Assembly: GCA_030605565.1 (NCBI GenBank)
Contig: JAUWIB010000112.1
Span: forward strand, 4,335-68,334
Direction of reading: 5' to 3'
Source: a bacterium
GTDB taxonomy: Bacteria; Zixibacteria; MSB-5A5; GN15; FEB-12
DNA length: 64,000 nt
Each line of letters opens with the position of its first letter. The first letter of the stretch is position 1. Below, in pieces: positions 9,520-19,416 of this stretch. The position numbers and the translations under genes are program-made. The notes under the pieces are model-generated. The model did no database searches and was not told the DNA's origin. It worked only from the letters and a program-made list of their open reading frames with translations.

Positions 9520-12500
9520 TTACGGACCATCAATTTCGAACACAACGTCGGACACATCAAATACAGTGGCATCTGTGGTAGAGGTGACTCTCACTTTGCA
9601 GTCGAGTGAGGCTACCAAATCAGTGTCAGCCGTATTGTCAAGAGCCCAAGTGAAAGTACCGGCGCCTGGAGCGAGATTACCCGCAGTAGCGATGGCGAAC
9701 CAAGTAGCACTCTCACCTGCACTAGCATCAAGCGTGTATTCGAGCTTGACATTGTCAAGTTGTCCCATATGATCCCATGTTATATCATAACCAGCACCAT
9801 TGATTGTCCAAGTCACCAATACATTTGGAGCAGTTATCAATACCGAAGGTTGGATTACGAACACCAAGTCCGATGTATCGCCAGCAGCAGGTCCTGCGTT
9901 GGTAGTGATTCTCACAAAGCATTGCGGTGCGGCTTCCAAGTCACCGTCTACCGCGTCATCGAGAGTCCAATTGAAAGTATTGGTGCCGGCTGCAATAGCA
10001 TCAGCAGTGGCTATATCGGGCCAAGTAACACCGTTATCGACGGAATACTCGAGTTTGACAGGGTTGGCAAGACCGTTATCAGTCCACTCAATGGCCACGG
10101 CGGAATCCAGCACCCAAGTTTCGCCACCGTTTGGCACGGTTAAGGTGACATCAAGCGGGATTTCAAACCAGTCATCACTGACATCCTCGATTGTGGAAAC
10201 ACCCTGAGCAAAGATCCTGATGTAGTAGGTTGCCGAAGCATCCAATGTAGCATCAAGCATCCACGGCCAGGTTTCAAGAGCTCCATCTACATCGGTAGCC
10301 AGAGTCGAAATGAGAGCACCGCCCGGATCCTTGCGCAATTCGATGGTGACATCTCCAACCTCAACCGGGTTGATCACGTTCCAGGTGATGTCGTGAGCGG
10401 TGCGGATCGGCCAGTTTTCAAGGCCGTTCGGCACCACAACAACCAGGCCGGAGATTGAGAACTCTCCACCCTCGAAGCCGCCGGTAACCGTACCGGCCTT
10501 CTTGATCCGGACCCAAGCTTGTTCCGCAGGTGGTTCAGGGATATTACTCCAGGTCCAGGTGCTGTCGTTTTCAGTGGCGGACGCCAACGTTATCCAGCCA
10601 CTCGTGACAGGCGGAGGTCCGGTGGTGATATACTTATACTCGATATCAACCGTAGCACCAACCGTAGCGCCAATTGTCACCCACGTAATGGATGTAGCGG
10701 CGCCCTGAGCCAGATTTCCGGAAATCGGTGAAGTCACTATAACACCAGCGAAGGTCATCTCCGGACTCTCTGCGTAAACAGCGTCGGTCTGACCGTACAC
10801 TCGGATTGTCACAGTGGAGCAAGCCGAGTTTGCCGGCACAGTAAAGTTGCGCGGACTACCACCGGCGTAGTCGTCAAAAAGTATGGTGGAATCAGCATTG
10901 AAGCCGTCACGTGACCACCAGATGTCGACATCACCGACAGCGGCAGGTGCACCGTCAACCTCGGTCCACATGATATCTTGACCGGAACCGACCAGCCACT
11001 CTTGACCGGCGATCGGGGCGGTAATCGTAATACCTGAGATGCCGAAGAGTCCGGTTTGGCTAAGGACATTATAAACCGTTCTGTTGCTCAGTTTGTCGAA
11101 CATGACGATGCGAGCCGTCAGGTTGGAGGGCGTATTTGCCGGTACGGCCCACGTGTAGGTGCCAGAGTTGGCGACCGTATCGATCCACGTGGTGTCTTCA
11201 CCAATAATGTAAGCTAAGGCGACCTCGGAGGACGCCACGTATACGGTATCCCATTCTATGTCGTAATCCGCTCCGCCAGGGAGCCACTCGCCGGTAACCG
11301 GCGCGGTGATATTGACAAAGTCGTGGATTACGTCAAAGCCCCAAACCAGCGTATCGCCAGGTCTGACGCTATCCATGCCGAAAGCATCGTCCCCTATGTT
11401 ACCGACATAGAGACTACAGGCATAGTCTATGCCGATATCCGGAGGATACCAGGTAAACGCTCTGGGGCTGCCTGTCGCCTCAATCACGGAATCCAGAGCC
11501 CACGCGTTAGCGTCATCATTCCACCACCAGATTTCCATGCTGTCAAGACCAGCATAATCCCAGGTGAGCGGAACACCAAGTGAGTCTACACCTTCTTCGT
11601 CGTAGATGGTGTTGGCGTCACGCCAGGCGATCTGGTCTGGTCCGGTCAGCTCGAGGCCGGCCCAGGTGAAGACGTCACTCACCCACATCCAACCACCACC
11701 GGCGACTGTATCCTGCAGAGCAACCATAGCGTTGGTCGAGAAAAGGGTATCATCAACACCGTAAGTGTACTCGCCCGGCGTCTCATCAATATCCTGCACA
11801 GTATCGAACCACGTCGTACCGCCGTCGAGTGACAGGTACAGGTCGAGTACTTTGTAGATATCGTTATCATCTACCGAAGTCCAGTCAATTAGAAATGACG
11901 GAGCCATGAAGTCGGTTGTGGCGGCGTTCGGTTCGACGAATTCAATCCACGGCTCGAGCTGAATGGTGTCAGCGCCCATGTTGCCGGAGTTGTCCCAGAT
12001 CTGTACGATCAGGGTGTCCACCGATGCGGTAGCACCGGCGGCAACTGAAACGACACCAGCGCCGTTGCGCATGTCAACGCCCCAAGTCCAGGTGACCTCG
12101 TCTTCGGTAAGTACGAAGGCCGGATCGGCGCCGCCTTCAATAAACACGAAGTGGATGGAGTCAACATACTCAACCTGGCTAATACCCAAATCGAAGCTGC
12201 TGGCTACCGCGCCACCGGCATTGTCGGCATCACCGGTCTGGGTGAGATTAATATCAGTCGAAGAGGGAGCCGTCTCGTCGCCAACAGTGATTTCTGCTGA
12301 GAACGCACCGGCGCCGGCCGAGTTGACCGCACGAATCTGGAAGGTAACTTCCGTATAGTCACTGAACGGTGTCTGGAGTCCCATGTCATCGAAGAACAGG
12401 TCGAATGAAACATTCGAAGAATCAGAGGCAGCGAAGTTAACCGTACCCGTCTGCCATGTATAGTAGCTGATGTCCTCAATGTACGGATTAACAACGATGA

Positions 12501-14202
12501 AATCGGTGTTGAGGTGATTATCCTTGGCGAAGATCTGGTAGTACTCCGCGCCGCTGACCGAATCCCACTTGAAGTCGATCACCAGATCGTCGAAGTCGGC
12601 CTTCCAGCCAGCGCCCATATCCAGCACGAAGCCGGTAGGTGCAGCCGGGGTTTCCGCCATGTTGACACTGGTGAAGGTCAAATCACTACCGGTAACGACA
12701 TCGTCATCTTCAAAGTCGCCACGCAGGTTTGAGTATATCCGGAAATCCAACTCGTAGGTGTTAAACGACTTCAGATCATCGGCCGGATTCACCGTCACGG
12801 TGACGCCGGAAGCCGAAATCGTCGCGTTCACTTCGCGGTTATTGGTAGCATCCAGAAGGGTCACCCAGCCGTTGGCATTGTCCGAATCAACATCCATATC
12901 GAAGTCGATAGTGATACTGTTACCCAGCGGGAAGTCGGTGAAGTCTTCGCCAAAGTCATCGAGGTTAGTCGCGACAAAACGTATACCCGACTGGGTCACA
13001 AGAGTACGCTGCCAAGTTGTAGAGTCGTCGTCGCCGTCTTCGTTTCTGGTATCAAGCAACCACAGTCCATCGGCTGATTTACCAGAGATCGTGACAACGT
13101 AATTGTTGTCAGGCACCAACGATAGAGCTGGATTGATCGTCAACACCATGTTAAGGACATCCCATGAGTAATCAAACTCCTCAGTGAAACCGATTGGAGC
13201 TCTCCTCACTGTCGCCGTGTCCATCGGCTTTGAGAAATTGATCTCCAGATCATCGGTGACCAAAAAGCCGGGTGTCTCGAAGGTGTAGGTGAGAATCACC
13301 GGCCTATTGGTTACGACCTGGGTGCCACCGTCGAGCGGGGCAAAGATGTTCGACATTTCGGTCGTGCCGGGCACCATGGAGATGTTTCTTTGCATGGTAC
13401 CCTCAAAGGTGGAGCTACCCTCGGTGAACGGCAGGGTCATCAGATCGACTTCCCCGGCCGTCGCCAACGCCATACCCGGCTGGCCAGCCTTGGGGGCCTC
13501 GTCGCCAAAAGCACCAACCCACAGCGGCACATTGTTGAAAGTGTAAGTGCCGTTGGCGATGGTGGTGGCCGTGTACTTGTTGGGGTGGATGTCAAAGCCG
13601 TAATCCAGGATTACAGTCACACCCTCTGCCACCGATACCAGGGTTGGATCGTCCAGCGCCAGAGAAGGTTCGCCATCCTTGACGGGCGGCGCCGGAAGCG
13701 CTGTGTAGACCTTACCGGTCACGTTGGCCGTCAACGGCAGCAGCCGCATATCGAGTGTATCTGAAACATAGATGTTACCGGCCGGTCTGTCGGCAACACC
13801 GCCGCGCAGATCGTCAAGCTCCGGAATCGTCGTCCAGCCGCTTGTGACGGCGTGGCCGGTCACGCTGAAGGTGAACTCGTACTCGCCGGACACCAGGTCA
13901 ACCGGTGTGCTCCAGTAACCGCCGGCATCGGTGGTTGTGGTGTACGTGCTGTCACCGTTTATCCACGTAATCGTTACGCCAGCCAGAAACGCATTGTCCC
14001 AACCGTCAGACACAGTTCCGTGCACAGTGCCAATGACCTGATCCGTTTCCTCTATGATTACGGTGGTGTCATTTGTAACATTCTCGGGGAACTCAATCAC
14101 GGTTGAGTCGTCGCCACAACCGGTGATGAAGTACGCCGCCATGATGCTGCTTGTAAAGATCGCGAGCAGCAATAGAAACTTCATGTTTCTTTTCATTACC
14201 AT
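9520..14202 (-). CDS. Giant acidic surface lipoprotein with carboxypeptidase-regulatory-like, Ig-like (Big_5/Fn3) and repeated 'PNGGETW..I.W' beta-sandwich domains
   Basis: 1560-aa ORF; AGGAG RBS; lipobox ITGC; F(S/D)xxMD/VD Ig motifs; about six C-terminal ITAP/VPNG..W repeats. Confidence 0.8.
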   Translation of the reverse strand: MVMKRNMKFLLLLAIFTSSIMAAYFITGCGDDSTVIEFPENVTNDTTVIIEETDQVIGTVHGTVSDGWDNAFLAGVTITWINGDSTYTTTTDAGGYWSTPVDLVSGEYEFTFSVTGHAVTSGWTTIPELDDLRGGVADRPAGNIYVSDTLDMRLLPLTANVTGKVYTALPAPPVKDGEPSLALDDPTLVSVAEGVTVILDYGFDIHPNKYTATTIANGTYTFNNVPLWVGAFGDEAPKAGQPGMALATAGEVDLMTLPFTEGSSTFEGTMQRNISMVPGTTEMSNIFAPLDGGTQVVTNRPVILTYTFETPGFLVTDDLEINFSKPMDTATVRRAPIGFTEEFDYSWDVLNMVLTINPALSLVPDNNYVVTISGKSADGLWLLDTRNEDGDDDSTTWQRTLVTQSGIRFVATNLDDFGEDFTDFPLGNSITIDFDMDVDSDNANGWVTLLDATNNREVNATISASGVTVTVNPADDLKSFNTYELDFRIYSNLRGDFEDDDVVTGSDLTFTSVNMAETPAAPTGFVLDMGAGWKADFDDLVIDFKWDSVSGAEYYQIFAKDNHLNTDFIVVNPYIEDISYYTWQTGTVNFAASDSSNVSFDLFFDDMGLQTPFSDYTEVTFQIRAVNSAGAGAFSAEITVGDETAPSSTDINLTQTGDADNAGGAVASSFDLGISQVEYVDSIHFVFIEGGADPAFVLTEDEVTWTWGVDMRNGAGVVSVAAGATASVDTLIVQIWDNSGNMGADTIQLEPWIEFVEPNAATTDFMAPSFLIDWTSVDDNDIYKVLDLYLSLDGGTTWFDTVQDIDETPGEYTYGVDDTLFSTNAMVALQDTVAGGGWMWVSDVFTWAGLELTGPDQIAWRDANTIYDEEGVDSLGVPLTWDYAGLDSMEIWWWNDDANAWALDSVIEATGSPRAFTWYPPDIGIDYACSLYVGNIGDDAFGMDSVRPGDTLVWGFDVIHDFVNITAPVTGEWLPGGADYDIEWDTVYVASSEVALAYIIGEDTTWIDTVANSGTYTWAVPANTPSNLTARIVMFDKLSNRTVYNVLSQTGLFGISGITITAPIAGQEWLVGSGQDIMWTEVDGAPAAVGDVDIWWSRDGFNADSTILFDDYAGGSPRNFTVPANSACSTVTIRVYGQTDAVYAESPEMTFAGVIVTSPISGNLAQGAATSITWVTIGATVGATVDIEYKYITTGPPPVTSGWITLASATENDSTWTWSNIPEPPAEQAWVRIKKAGTVTGGFEGGEFSISGLVVVVPNGLENWPIRTAHDITWNVINPVEVGDVTIELRKDPGGALISTLATDVDGALETWPWMLDATLDASATYYIRIFAQGVSTIEDVSDDWFEIPLDVTLTVPNGGETWVLDSAVAIEWTDNGLANPVKLEYSVDNGVTWPDIATADAIAAGTNTFNWTLDDAVDGDLEAAPQCFVRITTNAGPAAGDTSDLVFVIQPSVLITAPNVLVTWTINGAGYDITWDHMGQLDNVKLEYTLDASAGESATWFAIATAGNLAPGAGTFTWALDNTADTDLVASLDCKVRVTSTTDATVFDVSDVVFEIDGP

Positions 14203-14471
14203 CTACTCCTTTGAAACTTAGTTTAGACTTCTCTTTTGTTCTGAAAGTTAATTTTCATGTCTCGTTAGTTTTGGCTAAGCCCATGCTTCCATTCGATGGG
14301 CCCTACCTACGGGCTGGGACCACCCGACTCTTGCATCAGAGAAACCTCCTTTGTTCTGTCTACGATATTTCTTCTTATTGTTCATATCCCATACAATCTT
14401 TATCGGCGCAGAAGCATAAATCCTTATATGGTAGCCTTTTCTAATAAAGACTTTTATCCAAATTGGGCCAT

Positions 14472-14500
14472 AACATAAATTCCGGCTTCTGGGCTGTCAA
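14472..14500 (-). promoter_or_regulatory. Candidate sigma70 promoter for the giant lipoprotein gene
   Basis: TTGACA-17nt-TATGTT on the minus strand, implying a leader of about 260 nt. Confidence 0.5.
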
Positions 14501-14727
14501 GGATTAAAAAGTACACAAAAGTGACTTATTTCTCAAGCGGTTATTTTCCTCCTGGTCGTCGCCGATGGTTTGTAAAACCCTGACTGTGTGTAACATAACC
14601 GGCATCGGCGCGTTAACCCTCATCTTCGAAGGTGGACTATACCATCGTTTGAAATCAAAAGCAACCAAAAAAGCGGCTTTTTCAATCGCTGACGGCGCCC
14701 GAGGAGGTTTCAGTGAGCGGCAGACTT

Positions 14728-14819
14728 CGGTACCCCACCCAGAGCGCCGGCATCGGGTGGGTTTTTTCATCTTCGCACATGGCAAACCCACCTGTCGCTT
14801 CGCTTTAGGTGGGGTACCG
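14728..14819. repeat. REP-like doublet (CGGTACCCCACC...GGTGGGGTACCG)
   Basis: Inverted termini; left half recurs near 62910, internal CCCACCTGTCGCTTCGCT recurs near 16337. Confidence 0.7.
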
Positions 14820-14843
14820 TTGGGATAGAGGGGCAGACCCTGA

Positions 14844-15016
14844 GAGGCTGTCCCATAAGTTTGCCACGGTGAGGTGGTGTATAATACTGTTCATAAGTAC
14901 ATCACCTAACCCCGCGTAGGGGGCGGCCTTGCGTCGCCCCAATGAACGCCACTTGTGGTCGGCGGACACAAGGCCCGCCGCTACGCGATAGAAAAAGCGA
15001 CTTTTGAGACAGCCTC
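14844..15016. mobile_element. MITE with IS1182-like terminal inverted repeats
   Basis: GAGGCTGTCCCA...TGAGACAGCCTC; flanks CTGA/CGGA lie inside a split GGCAGACC/GGTCTGCC palindrome. Confidence 0.75.
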
Positions 15017-15077
15017 CGGAGGTCTGCCGCCCCCCCCCCCTTGTGGTGGCTGAATCTTCAGACTCGGCCACAGGAAT

Positions 15078-15106
15078 TTGACATTGACGCCGATAGTGCG
15101 TATATT
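15078..15106 (+). promoter_or_regulatory. sigma70-type promoter
   Basis: TTGACA-17nt-TATATT upstream of ATG 15141. Confidence 0.55.
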
Positions 15107-15140
15107 CGACCGCCGTTTGAGGAAAGGAACTCAGCCTATT

Positions 15141-16226
15141 ATGTATCGAAGCAAAGTTGCCGTACTTAGAACCGACGCCACCCGCGTGGTGGAGGATTAC
15201 CGGAAACTGCTGGAACTGGTCGACTATCAATCGGTGATCGACAAGAACCAGGAAACGTTGATCAAGCTCAATCTGTCCTGGACCAAGTACTTCCCGGCTT
15301 GCTCATCACAGCCGTGGCAGGTGGAGGGGCTTGTTAAGACGCTGGTCGAGGACGGCTACGCTCCCGACAAGCTCTTGTCGGTGGAGAACAAGACAGTCGT
15401 CACCAACCCGATCCAGGGGGCTAAGAACAATCTTTGGATGCCGGTGCTGGACAAGTATGGTTTGTCGTTCACGCCGCTGACCGAGGTTGAGTGGATTGTT
15501 TATCAGTTCAAGGAGAAACTGCTGAAGCTGAACGATATCTTTCCGGAGGGGATTCAGATCCCGAAGATGTACGTCGGCAAGCAGATCATTCACCTGCCGA
15601 CGGTCAAGACACATGGTCACTCCACCACTACCGGCGCCATCAAAAACTCTTTCGGCGGGCTGCTCCGAGAGGTGCGACATTACGCCCATAAGTACATGCA
15701 CGAAGTGTTGGTCGATCTGATGCTGATGCAGAAGGAATTGCACCCGAATATTCTATCCGTTATGGACGGCACGGTGTGCGGTGACGGCGCCGGGCCGCGC
15801 ACGATGACACCGCACGGCAAGAATCTTATCCTGGCTTCATCCGATTCAGTGGCTATCGACTCGATAGCGGCGAAGTTGATGGGGTTCGATCCGATGAGCA
15901 TCCCGTATCTGAGAATGTGTCACGAGCGCGGGTTGGGTGTGGCGGAGTTTGACGAGATCGAGATTCTGGGTGAAGATATCGCCGAGATCAATTTCGGCTT
16001 CCACACCAAGAAGTCGTTGGTCATCTGGGGAGATCAACTTTTGCGCAAGGGGGCGTTGCGCTTTCTGGAACAGATCGCATTGCATTCACCGCTGGTCGTT
16101 TGGGCGCCGATGGCGTCGAACATATATCACGACTGGTTGTGGTACCCGACCGTGGGCAAATCGATCATCCGCAAGTTTGCCAAGACCGAATGGGGCAAAT
16201 TGTTCGAGAAATACAAGCGGGGGTGA
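15141..16226 (+). CDS. DUF362 domain protein
   Basis: LIKLNL, LPTVKTHGHSTTTGAIKNSFGG, VMDGT..GDGAGP, SDSVAIDSIAAKLMGFDP motifs. Confidence 0.85.
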   Translation: MYRSKVAVLRTDATRVVEDYRKLLELVDYQSVIDKNQETLIKLNLSWTKYFPACSSQPWQVEGLVKTLVEDGYAPDKLLSVENKTVVTNPIQGAKNNLWMPVLDKYGLSFTPLTEVEWIVYQFKEKLLKLNDIFPEGIQIPKMYVGKQIIHLPTVKTHGHSTTTGAIKNSFGGLLREVRHYAHKYMHEVLVDLMLMQKELHPNILSVMDGTVCGDGAGPRTMTPHGKNLILASSDSVAIDSIAAKLMGFDPMSIPYLRMCHERGLGVAEFDEIEILGEDIAEINFGFHTKKSLVIWGDQLLRKGALRFLEQIALHSPLVVWAPMASNIYHDWLWYPTVGKSIIRKFAKTEWGKLFEKYKRG

Positions 16227-16735
16227 CACGGTCAAGCCGTGTTCTTGTGGCTACGCCACGCGGCTCCGAAACGCGCGTAGCGCGAAAGGCAGGCTTGCCT
16301 GTTCGAGAAGTATAAGCGGGGCGGATGACTGACATACCCACCTGTCGCTTCGCTTGTGGTCGGCGTACGTCCCCGTGCGCCGACATGGCTGGAAGTCGCG
16401 GTAGACGAGGACGTCCACCGCGCACGGAATCTGTTACCTATCTGCCCGGTTCATACCGCATGGGTGCCCCACAGCTTGGAGGCTGTCTCATAACTCGGTT
16501 GTGAATGCATCGTCCCCACCACTGTTTATATGCTCAGATTCTAACACCGCGTAGGGTGGGGGCTTGTCTCCCACCTCAATTCCGGCGGACACAAGGCCCG
16601 CCGCTACGCGACAGAAAAAGCGACTTTTGAGACAGCTTCCTTGCTGTGGGTTCTTTGCATCCCACCATGAATGGTGGGCCACCCGACGGTGCCGACATCT
16701 TGCGTCAGGACCGCAGGGGTCCTGACCTACAAGAG
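16227..16735. repeat. Intergenic cluster of REP-like elements including a MITE and an IS481-like end
   Basis: GTCGGCGTACGTCCCCGTGCGCCGAC, CCCACCATGAATGGTGGGCCACC and GTCAGGACCGCAGGGGTCCTGACCTAC motifs recur elsewhere in the window. Confidence 0.75.
16479..16639. mobile_element. MITE with IS1182-like TIRs, 4-bp TSD CTTG
   Basis: GAGGCTGTCTCA...TGAGACAGCTTC; CTTG on both sides; splits a CCCACAG/CTGTGGG hairpin. Confidence 0.85.
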
Positions 16736-17494
16736 CTACTGCATCCGCAACAATTCAATCTGGGCCAGCGCCGCCGCTACCGCCGTCTCGACACGAAGCA
16801 CCCAACGCCCGAGCTTGAACCTCTGAAATCCAGTACGCTCCATTAGTTCAATTTCAAACGGCACCCATCCTCCCTCCGGGCCGATCGCGATAAGCACTGA
16901 GGGGGATGAGTCTCCATTGCGTGGGTAGACACCGGCCAGCGATACTTCACATTCGGGATCAGGTAACAACTGACACAATGAATCTGAATCATCGGAGTAG
17001 TCTTGACGCAGGTTGTCCTCAAAGAACCTGCGAAAGCGATCGTGAATGGATACCTCGGGCATCCGGGTCAGTTTCCCCTGGCTCAGACCCTTGATCAAGT
17101 GCCGCTCGTAGTTTCGTGGTTGCAGCAGGGGTGACTGGAAGTAGCTTTTTTCGACGCGGTTGGCGCGCACCAGGTACAACCTGCGCACACCCATCATGGC
17201 CGAAGTCGCCAGCACTTTCTTCAGCGTTTGCGGGCGTGGTAAGGCGCAGATGAGATCGATTTTTGGAACCGGTTCGGGTACCGACTCAAGCTGCTCGGTC
17301 CTGATAGTGACGGCATCACTCGACACCCCCTCCACCACAGCAGTTCCCTGCGGGCCGTTGAGCAGGCCGACCTCGAGATGGTCACCGGGGACAAGCTTCA
17401 GCACGTTTCGGATGTGCTCGGCGCGGTGATCTGTCAGTTGGTAGCGATTATCGCCTGACGCGTCATTGTCGGTCAGGATAATCAGATTCATCAA
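16736..17494 (-). CDS. rsmE: 16S rRNA m3U1498 methyltransferase RsmE
   Basis: HIRNVLK, IAIGPEGGW, LGRWVLRVETA motifs. Confidence 0.92.
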   Translation of the reverse strand: MMNLIILTDNDASGDNRYQLTDHRAEHIRNVLKLVPGDHLEVGLLNGPQGTAVVEGVSSDAVTIRTEQLESVPEPVPKIDLICALPRPQTLKKVLATSAMMGVRRLYLVRANRVEKSYFQSPLLQPRNYERHLIKGLSQGKLTRMPEVSIHDRFRRFFEDNLRQDYSDDSDSLCQLLPDPECEVSLAGVYPRNGDSSPSVLIAIGPEGGWVPFEIELMERTGFQRFKLGRWVLRVETAVAAALAQIELLRMQ

Positions 17495-17564
17495 GCACTA
17501 CTTCCGGTCGGCAGATGTGGACATCTGCCGGGCACTGAAATCAGTTCACGCATATCGACCACGG

Positions 17565-18647
17565 CTATTCCTGAACCGATGCCGCCTCAGCCGGCTGCTC
17601 TGAATGCAATCGGTCCTCAACCACTTTGATAAGGGTAACGAAGACGGCCGCAATGAGTGGTCCCATGACCAGACCCAGCAGGCCAAACAGCGCGATGCCA
17701 CCTAAGATGCTGAAGAAAAGCATCAGCGGGTGCATCTCGGTACGCCCGGAGATGAGCCAGGGGCGTACGACGTTATCGGTCTGACTGATGACAAGACTGC
17801 CGATGGCGATCACGATGATTCCCTTGGCGTAAGAACCGCCGATCATCAGAATGATCCCGGCCGGCACGTAGACGATAAAAGCGCCGACGAACGGAATGAT
17901 AGCCAGGAAGGCCATGATGGCGCCCCAGAAAATGGGGGATGAAATGCCCACGGCGGCAAACATGATTCCGCCCAGCACACCCTGCAACAACGCTACCACC
18001 ACGCCACCGTACATCGTGGCCTGAATGACGTCGCGAAGCTGGCGGAGGGTGCTATCTACGCGCTCCGGTCGAAGCGGCATCAGACGTTTGATTTTGTCGA
18101 CGACCCGTTCGCCATCCTTGAAGAAATAGTACAGAGTGAATATCATCAGCACGAAATAGAACACCGCCTTGGTGCCATTCGCCACCAGCCAACTGGTCTG
18201 GTTGAGAAGCAGGGTGCTGACGCTTTCGATGGCTTCACGAGCGATGGCGTCGAGATCGGCTTTCGACAGATCGACATAACCTGAAAGCTTGTCCCGGGCG
18301 GTGTTCAGCCAGGGCAAATCGAACGACAGCAGCTTGTCCAGTTGGCCGCTTTGGTAGAGTTCATCGACTTTAGCTACCGCGCCGGCGGCTTCGCCGACTA
18401 AAGCCACGAACAGATAAGTAATGGGGCCGATGATCAGAAGAACAATCAGAAAGCACAGCAGAACCGATGTCAACCCCCGCGATTTCAGTTTAGTCAGGAG
18501 TTTCTCATAGACAGGAAAGAACAGAATAGCAAACACCGCCGCCCAGGCGATCGGCACGAAAAACGGAATCATAATCTCGTAGAACAGATAAAAGAATATG
18601 GCCGCAACCAGGAAAAAGATTGAGATTGATAGGTACTCTCGCTTCAT
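17565..18647 (-). CDS. AI-2E family (PerM) transporter
   Basis: Multi-pass hydrophobic protein; YYFFKDG, IIPFVGAFIVYVP, DNVVRP, FGLLGLVMGP motifs. Confidence 0.9.
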   Translation of the reverse strand: MKREYLSISIFFLVAAIFFYLFYEIMIPFFVPIAWAAVFAILFFPVYEKLLTKLKSRGLTSVLLCFLIVLLIIGPITYLFVALVGEAAGAVAKVDELYQSGQLDKLLSFDLPWLNTARDKLSGYVDLSKADLDAIAREAIESVSTLLLNQTSWLVANGTKAVFYFVLMIFTLYYFFKDGERVVDKIKRLMPLRPERVDSTLRQLRDVIQATMYGGVVVALLQGVLGGIMFAAVGISSPIFWGAIMAFLAIIPFVGAFIVYVPAGIILMIGGSYAKGIIVIAIGSLVISQTDNVVRPWLISGRTEMHPLMLFFSILGGIALFGLLGLVMGPLIAAVFVTLIKVVEDRLHSEQPAEAASVQE

Positions 18648-18849
18648 GTCAACCGCCTTTGGATCACTCCGACGCCAAACTACTCCACGACAAACCGAAC
18701 TGCAACAATAAAACAACGCAAAGGATCACCGTGCTGGCTTTCGCCGGAATGACAGACAAGCCTGATTCTCTCGCTTCACGCACCGTGATTCGATTTTCGT
18801 TTGTCGTTCTAGCAGAACACATAGACAGTGGTAGGTGGCCCACCGTTTA

Positions 18850-19018
18850 GAGGCTGTCTCAAAAGTCCCCTACATCGTCATTGCGAGCGATCCGCCACGG
18901 GCGGGGAGCGTGGCAATCTCATACTACGTGTCGCCCAACGAATTGAGATTGCCGCGTCGCTACGACACAAGTGTCTCCACTTCTCGCAATGACGGCTCTC
19001 GGAGTTTGTCAACAAGCC
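18850..19018. mobile_element. Chimeric MITE-like element carrying a GTCATTGCGAG...CTCGCAATGAC palindrome
   Basis: Left end GAGGCTGTCTCAAAAGTC; right end TTTGTCAACAAGCC is a different TIR type. Confidence 0.55.
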
Positions 19019-19055
19019 GGGACGTCCGGGGCACACTTGTCGCAATGAAATCCAA

Positions 19056-19180
19056 GCGGCAGATGTGGACATCTGCCGCCCACAGGAGATGACCGCCTCA
19101 GTGGTCGGCGTATGTCCCCGTACGCCGACGTGCCCGACCAACCATCTGAGCGCGGTGCACGAGGACGTACACTGCGCACG
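19056..19180. repeat. REP-like palindromes
   Basis: GCGGCAGATGTGGACATCTGCCGC (also near 17509, 42886, 54366) and GTCGGCGTATGTCCCCGTACGCCGAC doublet (also near 16358). Confidence 0.75.
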
Positions 19181-19416
19181 TAATGACTTTTCCGGGGAAA
19201 GTCCTCCCACTTTACACTTGACTTTTCGGGTCTATGGCGTTGATTGAATAGTAACCTTGGTGCAGGGTCTAATTACGGCTTGCCGTTGACGCCTTGACTG
19301 GCCGGGTTGCAGTTCGTTACTGCATATTAGTACTTCACATAACCTCCCGGTTTCAATACTCGAAACTCCGGTAGGGACCAATGGCAGGCCGACAGACAAT
19401 GGAGGATGAACTGGAC

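Noticed and set aside
14560-14770. Riboswitch or attenuator
   Set aside because: The hairpin with T-tract belongs to the CGGTACCCCACC repeat family that recurs near 62910; no known aptamer consensus seen.
16488-16682. Short ORFs with recurring 'CLKSRFF..VAAGLVSA' peptides (also 28068-28283, 14805-15230)
   Set aside because: These are translations of the non-coding MITE, not genes.
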